DNA of 64,000 nt from Deltaproteobacteria bacterium (GTDB lineage: Bacteria; Desulfobacterota_D; UBA1144; Nemesobacterales; CSP1-2), in contig JBQTHB010000003.1 of assembly GCA_052390235.1 (NCBI GenBank), positions 128,001 to 192,000 of the forward strand. Direction: 5' to 3'. Numbering within the stretch: position 1 is the first letter of the stretch; the number at the start of each line of letters is the position of its first letter. Positions 1 to 11,579 of this stretch are shown here, piece by piece. Under the pieces are notes generated by a model, which was given only the letters and a program-made list of their open reading frames with translations, was not told where the DNA came from and did no database searches. Made by a program: the position numbers and the translations under genes.

Positions 1-858
1 AACATCACCGCCATTGCCGTCGGCTCTACTCTCACGGCAACAAGCGTGGGGATTACGGCAAGGGTGCTTTCGGACTTAAACCGCCTCAAATCGCAGGAAG
101 CCAAAATCGTGCTTGGAGCGGCAGTCATTGACGATGTGCTGGGGCTCATTATCCTCGCCGTGGTAAGCGGGCTAATAGCCGCCGCCAAGAGCGGAGCGGA
201 AGTGGGCGTTTCAGTGGCGCAGGTGGGAGTGATAACCCTCAAGGCGTTCGGATTTCTCATAGCCGCCGTAGGGCTTGGGAATCTGATTGCGGATAAATTA
301 TTCGACTTCATCAATAAAATGAAGGTGCGCGGAGGGGTTCTGCTCCTGGCGCTTTCGTTCGGGTTCATCTTCGCATACTTAGCAAACTTAGCCGGACTTG
401 CCCCGATAGTTGGGGCTTTCGCCGCTGGGCTTGTGGTGGGCGGAACGAAACGGCATAAGGCAATTCAAGAGCGTCTGGGGCCGGTTGCCGACGTGTTTAC
501 GCCGATATTTTTCATTGTCGTAGGGGCGGCGGTGAATGTGGCGCTGTTTAACCCCCTCGTGGGGGATAACCTCGTGGTGATGCTCATTGCAGGGTCGCTT
601 TTCTTGGTAGCGGCGGCGGGGAAGTATGTGAGCGGGTTTGCGGTGTTTCAAAAGGGGATTAATAAAACGGCTATCGGATTCGGCATGATTCCAAGGGGAG
701 AGGTCGGTCTCATTTTCGCCCAGATGGGTCTTGTGGCGGGAATATTTGACTCAAGGCTGTTCTCGGCTCTTACGGTGATGGTGATGCTTACGACTTTTGT
801 CGCTCCTCCGCTTCTGCAGATGGCTTTTACCAGAAGCGGCGGCGAGGAAATTGCCTAG
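1..858 (+). CDS. CPA2-family cation/H+ antiporter (5'-partial)
   Basis: Frame open from base 1 (NITAIAVGSTLTATSVGITARVL); GAAVIDD, IVGAF and GMIPRGEVG motifs; many TM segments. Confidence 0.92.
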   Translation, partial: NITAIAVGSTLTATSVGITARVLSDLNRLKSQEAKIVLGAAVIDDVLGLIILAVVSGLIAAAKSGAEVGVSVAQVGVITLKAFGFLIAAVGLGNLIADKLFDFINKMKVRGGVLLLALSFGFIFAYLANLAGLAPIVGAFAAGLVVGGTKRHKAIQERLGPVADVFTPIFFIVVGAAVNVALFNPLVGDNLVVMLIAGSLFLVAAAGKYVSGFAVFQKGINKTAIGFGMIPRGEVGLIFAQMGLVAGIFDSRLFSALTVMVMLTTFVAPPLLQMAFTRSGGEEIA

Positions 859-869
859 GGAGAAATCTT

Positions 870-1373
870 ATGAAAAGGAATTTTATCGCGTTACTATTAA
901 TCTCGGCTTTCGGGGCTGATGCCGCCCTCGGAGCAGAGGACATTCTAAGCGTTAACGGCACGCTATTTATCCAGATAGCCCTGTTTGTAGCCCTCATAGT
1001 AATATTGAAAAGGGGGGTTTTCGACCCTCTGACCGAGCTTCTCGAAAAAAGGGAAAAGCTCACCACAGGCACAACCGAAGAGGCTAGAAAGCTCAACGGC
1101 GAGGTCGAGCGCATAATTAAGGACTACGACCTCAAAATAAATCAGGCGCGCGCCCAGGCCCTCGAACAGAGAGCCGAAATCAGACGCGAGGCTCAGGCGG
1201 CATCAGACGAGATAACCTCCAAGGCTAAGCGCGAGTCCCTGTCGCTTCTCGAGAAGGCAAGAGCCGAGATTGACGCTGAAGCACAGAAAATCAAAGAGAA
1301 AATGAAACCCGAGATTGAAGCCATTGCCCGCGACCTCGCATCGAGGGTTCTGGGCAGGGAGGTAGAGAATTGA
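870..1373 (+). CDS. atpF: F0 ATP synthase subunit b'
   Basis: NGTLFIQ..LF single TM plus long coiled coil; first of two b-type genes before atpH. Confidence 0.88.
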   Translation: MKRNFIALLLISAFGADAALGAEDILSVNGTLFIQIALFVALIVILKRGVFDPLTELLEKREKLTTGTTEEARKLNGEVERIIKDYDLKINQARAQALEQRAEIRREAQAASDEITSKAKRESLSLLEKARAEIDAEAQKIKEKMKPEIEAIARDLASRVLGREVEN

Positions 1374-1927
1374 CGACGCTCGAAATCATCAGCATAGCAG
1401 CCACGCTGGCATCGGAGGGCGGGGCTTTTAACTGGGGCTACGTGGCAAAACACACGATAAACCTAGCCATACTCCTGGGGATTCTCGTTTATTTTCTCAG
1501 AGAGCCGGTTAGTAAATTCCTCAGCGACCGGCGCGCAATGTTGAGCAAGCAAATTGACGACGCCGAGCAGGCAATAGCCGAGGCGAAGAGAAATTATCAA
1601 ATCTACAGCGAGAAGCTCAACAAAATGGACGATGAAATAAAATCCCTCAGAGACTCCATACGTCGGGACGGTCAGACTGAGCGTGAACATCTGCTCAAGC
1701 AAGCCGAGGCGAGTTCACAGAAAATTGCGCAAGAGGCGGCGGAAACAATAAAGCTCGAAACCCTGAGGGCTAAGCAGGAGATACAGTCCGAGGTTGCATC
1801 CTCCGCGCTTGCGATAGCCGAGGAGATGATAACGAAAAGCCTCAAAGAAGCAGACCAGGCGCGCCTAATGGACAATTTTATTAAAGCCGTAGAGGAAGGG
1901 GAGAAATGGGAACAGTCGCAACACTGA
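1370..1927 (+). CDS. atpF: F0 ATP synthase subunit b
   Basis: INLAILLGILVYFLREPV TM then coiled coil; atp operon position. Confidence 0.9.
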   Translation: MTTLEIISIAATLASEGGAFNWGYVAKHTINLAILLGILVYFLREPVSKFLSDRRAMLSKQIDDAEQAIAEAKRNYQIYSEKLNKMDDEIKSLRDSIRRDGQTEREHLLKQAEASSQKIAQEAAETIKLETLRAKQEIQSEVASSALAIAEEMITKSLKEADQARLMDNFIKAVEEGEKWEQSQH

Positions 1928-2436
1928 GAGACATTATCGAAGCCCTCGTAGCTTCATCTAAAGAATCCGGGAAATTGGACACAGTTGCCTCCGATATGGA
2001 GACCGTTTTCAGGAGCCTCGCAGAAGACATTAAAAACGTTTTGGGAAGCTCCGTCTATGAAACCGCAGATAAGCAGGCAATAGTCGGCGACATCGGCGCA
2101 AAACTCGGGCTCGACAATCTGACCGTGAATTTTCTATCCCTCGCCGTGGAGCTTGGCAAGTTCAAAGCCCTGATGAAATCCGAAGAGACTTTTATGAGGA
2201 GACTCAGAAGGGCCTCGGGCAAGGTAAAAGTGGAAATTACGGCGGCAAAGAGTCTTACGGACATAGAAATAGATAGAATTGGGCAGGCATTTCGCAAGCT
2301 CACCGGCAGAGAGGTTGAAACCTCCGTAGCCGTTGACCCGAGGATTTTGGGCGGCATAATAGCGAAGGTCGAGAACAGGGTCTATGACGGGAGCATCAGA
2401 AACCAGCTTGAGAAGATACGAGCGGCGCTTTGTTAA
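1906..2436 (+). CDS. atpH: F1 ATP synthase subunit delta
   Basis: C-terminal VDPRILGGIIAKVENRVYDGS OSCP/delta signature. Confidence 0.93.
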   Translation: MGTVATLRDIIEALVASSKESGKLDTVASDMETVFRSLAEDIKNVLGSSVYETADKQAIVGDIGAKLGLDNLTVNFLSLAVELGKFKALMKSEETFMRRLRRASGKVKVEITAAKSLTDIEIDRIGQAFRKLTGREVETSVAVDPRILGGIIAKVENRVYDGSIRNQLEKIRAALC

Positions 2437-2461
2437 TTTGACGAGACTTAATTTGACGAGA
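2433..2461 (+). repeat. 14-bp direct repeat TTAATTTGACGAGA x2 between atpH and atpA
   Basis: Identical copies at 2433-2446 and 2448-2461. Confidence 0.85.
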
Positions 2462-2478
2462 ATAAAGGAGCATTCAAT

Positions 2479-3996
2479 ATGGCAGAAATGAAAACCGAAG
2501 AGATAGGCGAGATTCTACGAAATAGAATCAAGGGGTTTGAGAGAAAAATCGAGACCGCCGAAATCGGCACGGTCATATCAGTAGGGGACGGCATCGCGCG
2601 CGCCTACGGACTCGACCAATCCATGGCGGGAGAGCTAGTGGAGTTTAAAGACGGGATAATGGGGCTCGTGCTGAACCTCGAAGAGGACAACGTCGGTATT
2701 GCCATTTTCGGCGAAGACAAGCACATCATCGAGGGCGACATCGTAAAGCGCACCGGGCGCATCGCAGAAGTCCCCGTTGGGGAAAATATGAAGGGCAGGG
2801 TCGTAAACTCTCTCGGCCAGCCCATTGATGGCAAGGGCGAGATTCAGACAAGCGAGTCCCGACGGATTGAGGTAAAAGCCCCCGGCGTTGTCTATCGCCA
2901 GCCCGTGCGAGAGCCGCTTCAGACCGGCATCAAGGCGATTGACGCCATGATTCCCATAGGCAGAGGGCAGAGAGAGCTAATCCTCGGAGACCGCCAGACG
3001 GGAAAAACGGCCATCGCAATTGATACCATCATCAACCAAAAGGGGCAGGATGTCTATTGCATCTATGTCGCCATAGGGCAGAAGCAGTCAACCGTTGCCC
3101 AGGTGGTAGAGAAGCTCAAAGAGTTCGGCGCCATGGAATATACGACAGTCGTCGCCGCAACCGCAAGCGACCCCGCGCCATTTCAGTTCATCGCCCCATA
3201 TGCGGGCTGCGCGCTGGGAGAGTATTTCCGCGATACCAAACGCCACGCCCTCGTGATTTACGATGACCTCACAAAACACGCATGGGCATACCGGCAGCTA
3301 TCGCTACTGCTCCGCCGCCCGCCGGGACGCGAAGCCTATCCCGGAGACGTTTTCTACCTACACTCCAGACTCCTCGAGCGCGCCGCCAAGATGAGAGACG
3401 AAGACGGAGCAGGCTCGCTTACGGCTCTGCCCATCATCGAAACGCAAGCCGGAGACGTATCGGCTTACATTCCGACTAACGTAATCTCCATTACGGACGG
3501 GCAGATTTACCTCGAAGGCGACCTCTTCTACGCGGGCGTGAGACCGGCTATTAACGTTGGTCTATCGGTTTCGCGCGTGGGAGGCTCGGCTCAAATCCGC
3601 GCAATGAAGAGAGTGGCAGGAAGGCTCAGGCTCGACCTCGCTCAGTATAGAGAAGTCGAGGCGTTCTCGCAGTTCGCATCCGACCTCGATAAAATCACTC
3701 AATCTCAGCTTGCGAGGGGGAGCAGGCTCGTCGAGGCGCTCAAGCAGGGGCAGTATCAGCCCCTTCAAGTGGAGCGGCAGATTCTCCTAATTTATGCGGT
3801 TACGAACGGCTACGTTGACAGATACCCGATAGAAGCCGTGAGAAAGTACGAACAGGAGCTTTATCTGTTCTTCCAGTCCACGCACTCGGCAATACTGGAT
3901 GAAATCAGGACGAAAAGAGACATATCCGCAGACATCGAGAAAAAAATAAAGCAGGCCCTCGAAGACCTGGGCAAAAAACTCGGAGATTTAAACTAA
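2479..3996 (+). CDS. atpA: F1 ATP synthase subunit alpha
   Basis: GDRQTGKT Walker [23 protein letters not shown]. Confidence 0.99.
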   Translation: MAEMKTEEIGEILRNRIKGFERKIETAEIGTVISVGDGIARAYGLDQSMAGELVEFKDGIMGLVLNLEEDNVGIAIFGEDKHIIEGDIVKRTGRIAEVPVGENMKGRVVNSLGQPIDGKGEIQTSESRRIEVKAPGVVYRQPVREPLQTGIKAIDAMIPIGRGQRELILGDRQTGKTAIAIDTIINQKGQDVYCIYVAIGQKQSTVAQVVEKLKEFGAMEYTTVVAATASDPAPFQFIAPYAGCALGEYFRDTKRHALVIYDDLTKHAWAYRQLSLLLRRPPGREAYPGDVFYLHSRLLERAAKMRDEDGAGSLTALPIIETQAGDVSAYIPTNVISITDGQIYLEGDLFYAGVRPAINVGLSVSRVGGSAQIRAMKRVAGRLRLDLAQYREVEAFSQFASDLDKITQSQLARGSRLVEALKQGQYQPLQVERQILLIYAVTNGYVDRYPIEAVRKYEQELYLFFQSTHSAILDEIRTKRDISADIEKKIKQALEDLGKKLGDLN

Positions 3997-4035
3997 AACC
4001 GCATTTCGAGCTGAAACTATAATCACGGTGAACCG

Positions 4036-4944
4036 ATGCCAAGTTTAAGACAAATCAGAAGCAAAATAACCAGCGCCAAAGGCACAAAGCGAATAATGAG
4101 CGCCATGAAGCTCATATCCGCCGTAAAACTGCAGCGCGCCCAAGGGCTTCTCCTCGCCATGCGCCCCTATTCAGACGCATATCAGGAAATTGCCAAGAAC
4201 ATAGCCCTAAGATGCGATGCGGAATCGCACCCGCTCCTTCGCCGCCCATTGGAGAGGAAGAGGCTGCATCTGGTGTTTATGACCTCTGACAGGGGGCTTT
4301 GCGGGAGTTTCAACAGCGGGCTAATAAGAAAAATTGAGAATTACATCGTGCAGGAAGCAGGGCATTTCCCCGAAATCACGTTCAGCTTCATAGGCAGGCG
4401 CGGGAGGGACTACTTCTCAAGGCGCAAACCGGCGAGCGGACAAAGGGGCGACCTCAAAACCGGGAAGAGCTTTACGGGGGTTACCGAGCGGAATTTCTCG
4501 CACACCTCAGGGGAGCTTGCCGCCGACCTAGCCAGGGAATTTAGCCGCGGCGAGTGCGATGAAATTGTCTTGGTCTATAACAGGTTTAAATCTGCTATTT
4601 CCCAGTTCATCACATTCGAGCGGGTGCTACCCATTGAGCCGGACGCGGCGGGGGCGGCGGATGCCTCTTTGGTGGATTACATCTACGAGCCGGGCAGGAG
4701 AGAGGTTATAGATGCGGTTCTGCCCAAGTACATTGAGGCGCGTATTGACCGGGCGGTGCTTGAATCCGTTACGAGCGAACACGGGGCGCGTATGACCGCG
4801 ATGGAAAACGCGACAAAAAACGCTCAGGACATAATTAAGCGGCTCACACTGGTATTTAATAAAACGAGGCAGGCGATAATTACCAAAGAGCTGATGGACA
4901 TAGTGAACGGAACCGAGTCCATGAAGAAAAGCGATATGGTATAG
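4036..4944 (+). CDS. atpG: F1 ATP synthase subunit gamma
   Basis: SDRGLCGSFN, SEHGARMTAM, RQAIITKEL. Confidence 0.98.
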   Translation: MPSLRQIRSKITSAKGTKRIMSAMKLISAVKLQRAQGLLLAMRPYSDAYQEIAKNIALRCDAESHPLLRRPLERKRLHLVFMTSDRGLCGSFNSGLIRKIENYIVQEAGHFPEITFSFIGRRGRDYFSRRKPASGQRGDLKTGKSFTGVTERNFSHTSGELAADLAREFSRGECDEIVLVYNRFKSAISQFITFERVLPIEPDAAGAADASLVDYIYEPGRREVIDAVLPKYIEARIDRAVLESVTSEHGARMTAMENATKNAQDIIKRLTLVFNKTRQAIITKELMDIVNGTESMKKSDMV

Positions 4945-5016
4945 CGGATAAACTGCCTATGGCAGCGATTGGGAAGGAGATTAGGCAATTCCGGTATTTT
5001 TAAACAGGAGGAATAG

Positions 5017-6450
<1,434 letters not shown>

Positions 6451-6546
6451 ATCCGCGCGGGGGTATAGGTGTAGGGAAGAGAGAATATCCCCCTACCCAC
6501 CCCTCTGCCCGCCGGCTCATGATTGGAGCTTCAAGGAGATATAAAA

Positions 6547-6942
6547 TTGGCTGAGAGATTACAACTTCAAGTGATAACCCCCACGAGGCTTGCGGTCAGC
6601 GAAGAGGTGGACGAGGTCGCGGCCCCAGGAGAGCTGGGCGAGTTTGGCGTGCTTGCCGGACACACCCCATTTATAACTATTCTTGCGCCTGGGGAGCTGC
6701 GATATAAAAAGGCAAACGCCGAGACGAAACTGCTAATTTGGGGAGGGGTCGCCGAGGTCAGAGACGACAAGGTCAGCGTTATAACGGACAGCGTCGAGAA
6801 CATCGGAGATATAAACAGGCAGGCCGCGCGCGCGGAAGCCGAACGCCTGGAGCAGAAGCTAAGGGATTTTACGGGCAGCGACAGGGAGCTCAAAGAACTA
6901 AATAGAAGCCTGAAAATCGCCCAACTCCGGGCCGGGATTTAG
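6547..6942 (+). CDS. atpC: F1 ATP synthase subunit epsilon
   Basis: VITP..GEFGVLAGHTP; likely TTG start at 6547 after GGAG. Confidence 0.95.
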   Translation: MAERLQLQVITPTRLAVSEEVDEVAAPGELGEFGVLAGHTPFITILAPGELRYKKANAETKLLIWGGVAEVRDDKVSVITDSVENIGDINRQAARAEAERLEQKLRDFTGSDRELKELNRSLKIAQLRAGI

Positions 6943-6943
6943 C

Positions 6944-7234
6944 ATGAGTCCCATAACCGTAAAAGAGCGCGTCTATAATGTTCTATTTGAGCCCATTAGC
7001 GGCGGATACAGAATTACCGCGCCCGCCTTTACCGACCTAGAAATTGAGTGCCAGTGCCAGTCCCTCGAAGAAGGCAGAGAGATAGCCCGCTACGCCCTGA
7101 AGGAGTACATCGGCATCCTGACTAAGCACCATCAGCCGATACCCAATAATGACGACTCCAGCCCGCAGGAGATGATAAAATCCGGCTTCAGCGAGCGCAT
7201 CGGGGTCTATCTATTCACCGAATCCCAAGAGTAA
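6944..7234 (+). CDS. HicB-like antitoxin-fold protein (no adjacent HicA)
   Basis: Y.V.FEP..GGY.IT.P...-SLEEGREIARYALKEYI..L......IP resembles the HicB N-terminal domain. Confidence 0.65.
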   Translation: MSPITVKERVYNVLFEPISGGYRITAPAFTDLEIECQCQSLEEGREIARYALKEYIGILTKHHQPIPNNDDSSPQEMIKSGFSERIGVYLFTESQE

Positions 7235-7382
7235 AGCCCCCGCCAAGCACCGTAAATTAAAATTTATGGACTATTCAGACGCATCGCGGCGAGTCCCCAG
7301 CTAATAAACTCAGCCGAGATATTCGGGACAACCAGCAGGGGGGGAAAGTCAAATCAATGGGAAATCCGTGGTAGCGGCAAGC

Positions 7383-8720
7383 TCAATCGGCTTCGTAGTA
7401 ATCCATGCCGAGGTGAGTGATGAGGTCTTCGCCGTTTAGGTATCGGAGCGTGTTCTTCAGTTTCATGAGCTGAATAAAAAGGTCGTGTTCTGGATATAGC
7501 CCTTCGCCGTGCATCGGGCTTTTAAAGTAGAATGAGAGCCACTCCTGAATGCCCGCCAGCCCAGCCCTTCCCGCCAAATCGAGAAATATTGCCAAATCCA
7601 GCACTATAGGGGCGGCAAGGATACTGTCGCGGCAGAGGAAATTAATCTTAATCTGCATCGGATACCCAAGCCAGCCAAATATATCAATATTATCCCAAGC
7701 CTCTTTGGCATCGCCCCTTGGGGGGTAGTAATTGATTCGCACCTTGTGGTAGTAATCGGCGTAAAGCTCAGGGTAGAGTTCGGGCTGAAGAATATATTCA
7801 AGCACGCTGAGCTTGCTCTCTTCCTTGGTTTTGAACGACTCCGGGTCATCTAGCACCTCGCCGTCCCTATTTCCGAGGATGTTCGTTGAGAACCAGCCGT
7901 TAAGCCCTATCATTCTAGCCTTAAGCCCCGGAGCTAGAATCGTTTTCATGAGAGTCTGCCCGGTCTTAAAATCCTTTCCCGCAACAGGAACCCTCTTTTG
8001 CTTTGCAAGCTCCACGAGAGCCGGAATGTCAGCGGAGAGGTTCGGGGCTCCGTTCGCATAGGGAATTCCGCACTGAACGGCGGCGTAGGCATAAATCATG
8101 CTCGGCGCGATGGCGGGGTGATTATTTTTGAGCCCCTCTTCAAAGCTCTCGACGGTTGCGTGAACCTCTGAGCGTTTAATAAATATCTCGGTACTCCCGC
8201 ACCAGACCATAACTAGGCGGTCAAGCTCGTTTTCTTTTTTGAACCTGTGGATGTCCTCGATGACCTGCTCGGCGAGGAGCATTTTGTTGGCGGCGGTTTT
8301 TTTATATGTGCCGGCTAGGTTTTTAACATATTCCCTGTCGAACACGGCGGGCATAGGGCTAGTCTGCATGAGCGCGGGTTTTAGCTCGTCTAGCAGGGAT
8401 TTTTCAAGCACACCGGCTTTTATTGCCGCGTCGTAGCAATTGTCGGGGTAAATGTCCCATCCGCCGAATATCATATCCTTGGTTTCTGCAAGGGGGATGA
8501 AATCCTTTATAAGGGGAGAGCGCTTATCGGTGCGTTTGCCGAGCCTGATAGCGCCCATCTGCGTCAGCGAGCCTATGGGATTTCCAATGCCGCGGTTTAT
8601 GGCTTCAACGCCCGCCACGAATGTCGTGCTTACGGCTCCGCTTATTCCGGGGAGTAGTACACCGAGTTTTCCCTTCGGAGGCGCTATAGTGATTTTTTCT
8701 ACTCTATTTTTAGGAGACAA
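7383..8720 (-). CDS. ino1: myo-inositol-1-phosphate synthase
   Basis: GAVSTT, GKDFKTGQT, STNILGNRDG, CRDSILAAP motifs. Confidence 0.95.
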   Translation of the reverse strand: MSPKNRVEKITIAPPKGKLGVLLPGISGAVSTTFVAGVEAINRGIGNPIGSLTQMGAIRLGKRTDKRSPLIKDFIPLAETKDMIFGGWDIYPDNCYDAAIKAGVLEKSLLDELKPALMQTSPMPAVFDREYVKNLAGTYKKTAANKMLLAEQVIEDIHRFKKENELDRLVMVWCGSTEIFIKRSEVHATVESFEEGLKNNHPAIAPSMIYAYAAVQCGIPYANGAPNLSADIPALVELAKQKRVPVAGKDFKTGQTLMKTILAPGLKARMIGLNGWFSTNILGNRDGEVLDDPESFKTKEESKLSVLEYILQPELYPELYADYYHKVRINYYPPRGDAKEAWDNIDIFGWLGYPMQIKINFLCRDSILAAPIVLDLAIFLDLAGRAGLAGIQEWLSFYFKSPMHGEGLYPEHDLFIQLMKLKNTLRYLNGEDLITHLGMDYYEAD

Positions 8721-8728
8721 GAGAAATG

Positions 8729-9121
8729 CTACCTCTTTGAGAACTGCTGTCCGCGTCTGGCTTTTCTCTTTCCGTATTTTTTGCTCTCGACCATTCTCGA
8801 GTCTCTCGTGAGGAGTCCGGCAACTTTGAGGGATTTTTTATATCCCTCGCTGAGGGTTACAAGCGCCCTTGCGAGACCGTGCCGAATCGCTCCGGCCTGC
8901 CCCGTTAGCCCGCCCCCGAATACGTCCACCATAACGTCGAGTTTATCAGCGGTCTGCGTAACCTCAAGCGGCTCAAATGCGTGTATCCGCCAAGTCTCAC
9001 GCGGAAGGTAGGCTTCGGCGGCACTGTCGTTTATCGAAATTTTCCCTGACCCGTAGCGCACCCAAACACGAGCGGTGGAGGTTTTTCTTCTTCCTGTTCC
9101 GTAGTAAGTAGTGTCACCCAT
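8729..9121 (-). CDS. rpsI: 30S ribosomal protein S9
   Basis: GTGRRK, GGGLTGQAGAIRHG, QFSKR end. Confidence 0.99.
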   Translation of the reverse strand: MGDTTYYGTGRRKTSTARVWVRYGSGKISINDSAAEAYLPRETWRIHAFEPLEVTQTADKLDVMVDVFGGGLTGQAGAIRHGLARALVTLSEGYKKSLKVAGLLTRDSRMVESKKYGKRKARRGQQFSKR

Positions 9122-9126
9122 TTCTA

Positions 9127-9561
9127 TTATACGACCTCCAAAGTTTGAGGCGTCTGCGCCTCGTGGGGGTGTTTATTGCCCGAATAAACTTTTAATCTAC
9201 TAATTAACCTATCCTGCCACTTGGTTTTAGGAAGCATTCCCCAGACGGCTTTTTCCAGTATCTCCTCAGGTTTTTCCTTCAGGAGCTTCTCGGCGGTTAT
9301 GGATTTTAGCCCACCGGGATAGGGGGTGTGCCAGTAATAGCTCTTTTGGGTCAATTTTTTGCCCGTGAATCGGACTTTTTCGGCGTTTATTACTATAACG
9401 AAATCGCCTATGTCCGCGTGAGGGGTAAATTGGGGTTTGTCCTTGCCCCTGAGGATCTTGGCGATTTTCGTCGCTATCCGCCCTACGGTTTTATTCTCGG
9501 CATCAATCAGATACCATTTTTTCTCGAAATCTTCGCTTCTTGCCATAAATGTATTTTGCAT
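9127..9561 (-). CDS. rplM: 50S ribosomal protein L13
   Basis: WYLIDA, LRGKDKPQFTPH, GMLPK; ATG at 9561 preferred over TTG at 9576. Confidence 0.98.
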   Translation of the reverse strand: MQNTFMARSEDFEKKWYLIDAENKTVGRIATKIAKILRGKDKPQFTPHADIGDFVIVINAEKVRFTGKKLTQKSYYWHTPYPGGLKSITAEKLLKEKPEEILEKAVWGMLPKTKWQDRLISRLKVYSGNKHPHEAQTPQTLEVV

Positions 9562-9592
9562 CGCACCAGTCCCCAAATTAATCAGGTTAGCT

Positions 9593-9620
9593 ATTCTACC
9601 AAATAGAACTTTGTTGTCAA
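9593..9620 (-). promoter_or_regulatory. sigma70 promoter for rplM-rpsI-ino1
   Basis: Minus strand TTGACA-16nt-TAGAAT with TG extended -10. Confidence 0.75.
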
Positions 9621-9643
9621 GAGAAACCCCGCGCCTTATCTTG

Positions 9644-11437
9644 TTAGGTCTTGAGGACGGCTAAAAACGCCTCTTGAGGGATTTCGATGCTCCCCACCTG
9701 CTTGAGCCTCTTTTTGCCCTCTTTCTGCTTTTCGAGGAGTTTGCGCTTTCTCGTGATGTCCCCGCCGTAGCACTTTGCCGTAACGTCTTTTCTCACGGCT
9801 TTGACGCTCTCGCGGGCGATGACACGGTTTCCGATAGCGGCTTGTATGGCGACCTCGTATAACTGTCTCGGGATTAGGGCGCGCAGTTTCTCGACCAGTT
9901 CCCTGCCCCTGTCATAGGACTTGTCCTTGTGGACGATGATTGACAGCGCGTCAACGGAGTCGCCGTTTATAAGCACGTCGAGTTTTATCAGGTCCGAGGC
10001 TCTATAGCCTATAAGTTCGTAGTCCATTGAGGCGTACCCGCGCGAGACGGATTTGAGCTTATCAAAGAAATCAAACATTATCTCGGACAGCGGAAGCTCG
10101 TACTCGACTATTATCCTCTCCTGCGTGATGTATCTGATATTTTTCTGCTTCCCCCGCCTCTTCTCGCAGAGGTCAAAAATCCCTCCTAAATAGGAGCTTG
10201 GGGTGTGAATCATCACCAGCACGTAAGGCTCTTCGATAACGTCAATTTTATCGGGCGTAGGGAGTTTGCTGGGGTTATCCACCATTATGACCTCTTTTCG
10301 CGTATCAGTAACGCGGTAGATAACCGTAGGCGCGGTGGAAATCAGCTCAAGCTGAAATTCCCGCTCAAGCCTCTCGCGCACGATTTCCATGTGCAAGAGT
10401 CCCAAAAATCCGCACCGGAAGCCGAATCCGAGAGCCAGAGACGTTTCCGGCTCATAGACAAATGCCGAGTCGTTGAGGCGGAATTTCTCAAGGGCGTCCC
10501 GGAGCTTTTCGTAATCGTTGGGGTCTATCGGGTATAGACCGCTGAACACCATAGGCTTCATCACCCTAAACCCCGATAGAGGCGCGGCGGCGGGTCTTAT
10601 TGCCTCTGTGATGGTGTCGCCCACCTTCGCCTCGCTAATCTCCCTTATTGAAGCGGCGACAAATCCGACCTCCCCCGCTGAGAGTTCGGTAACTTCAATT
10701 GCCTTGGGGGAGAAAATGCCGAGCTTTTTGACCTCGTAGGTCTTTCCAGTAGCCATAAGCTGAATCTTCATGCCCGTCCTAATCCTCCCCTCAAATACAC
10801 GGGCAAGCATCATCGCGCCGAGATAGGAATCAAACCAACTGTCGAAAACAAGCGCCACCAGCGGGGAGTCCGCATTTCCTTTAGGCGGGGGGATTTTGCG
10901 CACTACGGATTCAAGAATCTCCTTTGTGCCTATGCCCTCCTTGGCGCTGGCAAGCACGGCGTCGTCCGCCCCGATGCCTATGACCTCTTCGACCTCTTTT
11001 TTGACCCTGTCCGGGTCTGCCGAGGGGAGGTCAATTTTATTTATCACGGGAATGAGTTCAAGCCCTGAGTCGGCGGCAAGATAGGCGTGGGCGACGGTTT
11101 GAGCCTCCACCCCTTGGGACGCGTCAACGACGAGCAAAGCCCCCTCGCAGGCTTGAAGGCTTCGGGAGACCTCGTAGCTGAAATCCACGTGGCCGGGGGT
11201 GTCAATTAAATTAAATTGATAGCGCTCTCCGTCGTCGGCGAGGTAATTCACCCTCACGGCTTGGGCTTTAATGGTGATGCCCCTCTCGCGCTCTAAATCC
11301 ATCTGGTCTAGGAACTGTTCGGTCATATCGCGGTCCTTGACCGTGCCAGTGAACTGGAGGAGTCTATCTGCTAGGGTGGATTTGCCGTGGTCAACGTGGG
11401 CGATGATAGAGAAATTTCTTATATTCTTGGTTTGCAT
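9644..11437 (-). CDS. lepA: Elongation factor 4 (LepA)
   Basis: [39 protein letters not shown]. Confidence 0.99.
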   Translation of the reverse strand: MQTKNIRNFSIIAHVDHGKSTLADRLLQFTGTVKDRDMTEQFLDQMDLERERGITIKAQAVRVNYLADDGERYQFNLIDTPGHVDFSYEVSRSLQACEGALLVVDASQGVEAQTVAHAYLAADSGLELIPVINKIDLPSADPDRVKKEVEEVIGIGADDAVLASAKEGIGTKEILESVVRKIPPPKGNADSPLVALVFDSWFDSYLGAMMLARVFEGRIRTGMKIQLMATGKTYEVKKLGIFSPKAIEVTELSAGEVGFVAASIREISEAKVGDTITEAIRPAAAPLSGFRVMKPMVFSGLYPIDPNDYEKLRDALEKFRLNDSAFVYEPETSLALGFGFRCGFLGLLHMEIVRERLEREFQLELISTAPTVIYRVTDTRKEVIMVDNPSKLPTPDKIDVIEEPYVLVMIHTPSSYLGGIFDLCEKRRGKQKNIRYITQERIIVEYELPLSEIMFDFFDKLKSVSRGYASMDYELIGYRASDLIKLDVLINGDSVDALSIIVHKDKSYDRGRELVEKLRALIPRQLYEVAIQAAIGNRVIARESVKAVRKDVTAKCYGGDITRKRKLLEKQKEGKKRLKQVGSIEIPQEAFLAVLKT

Positions 11438-11579
11438 AAAGGATTAAACTCGTTAGGAGCGATGTTTTAAGGGGCTATGGGTAGTATATGGAAAAAGGGG
11501 GGTTAGGCAAGATTCCCGCCCGCCGCCGCTACATTGGCTAGAATGTTGGCTCGATTCACACCCCTAGCGCAAGTGCGAA

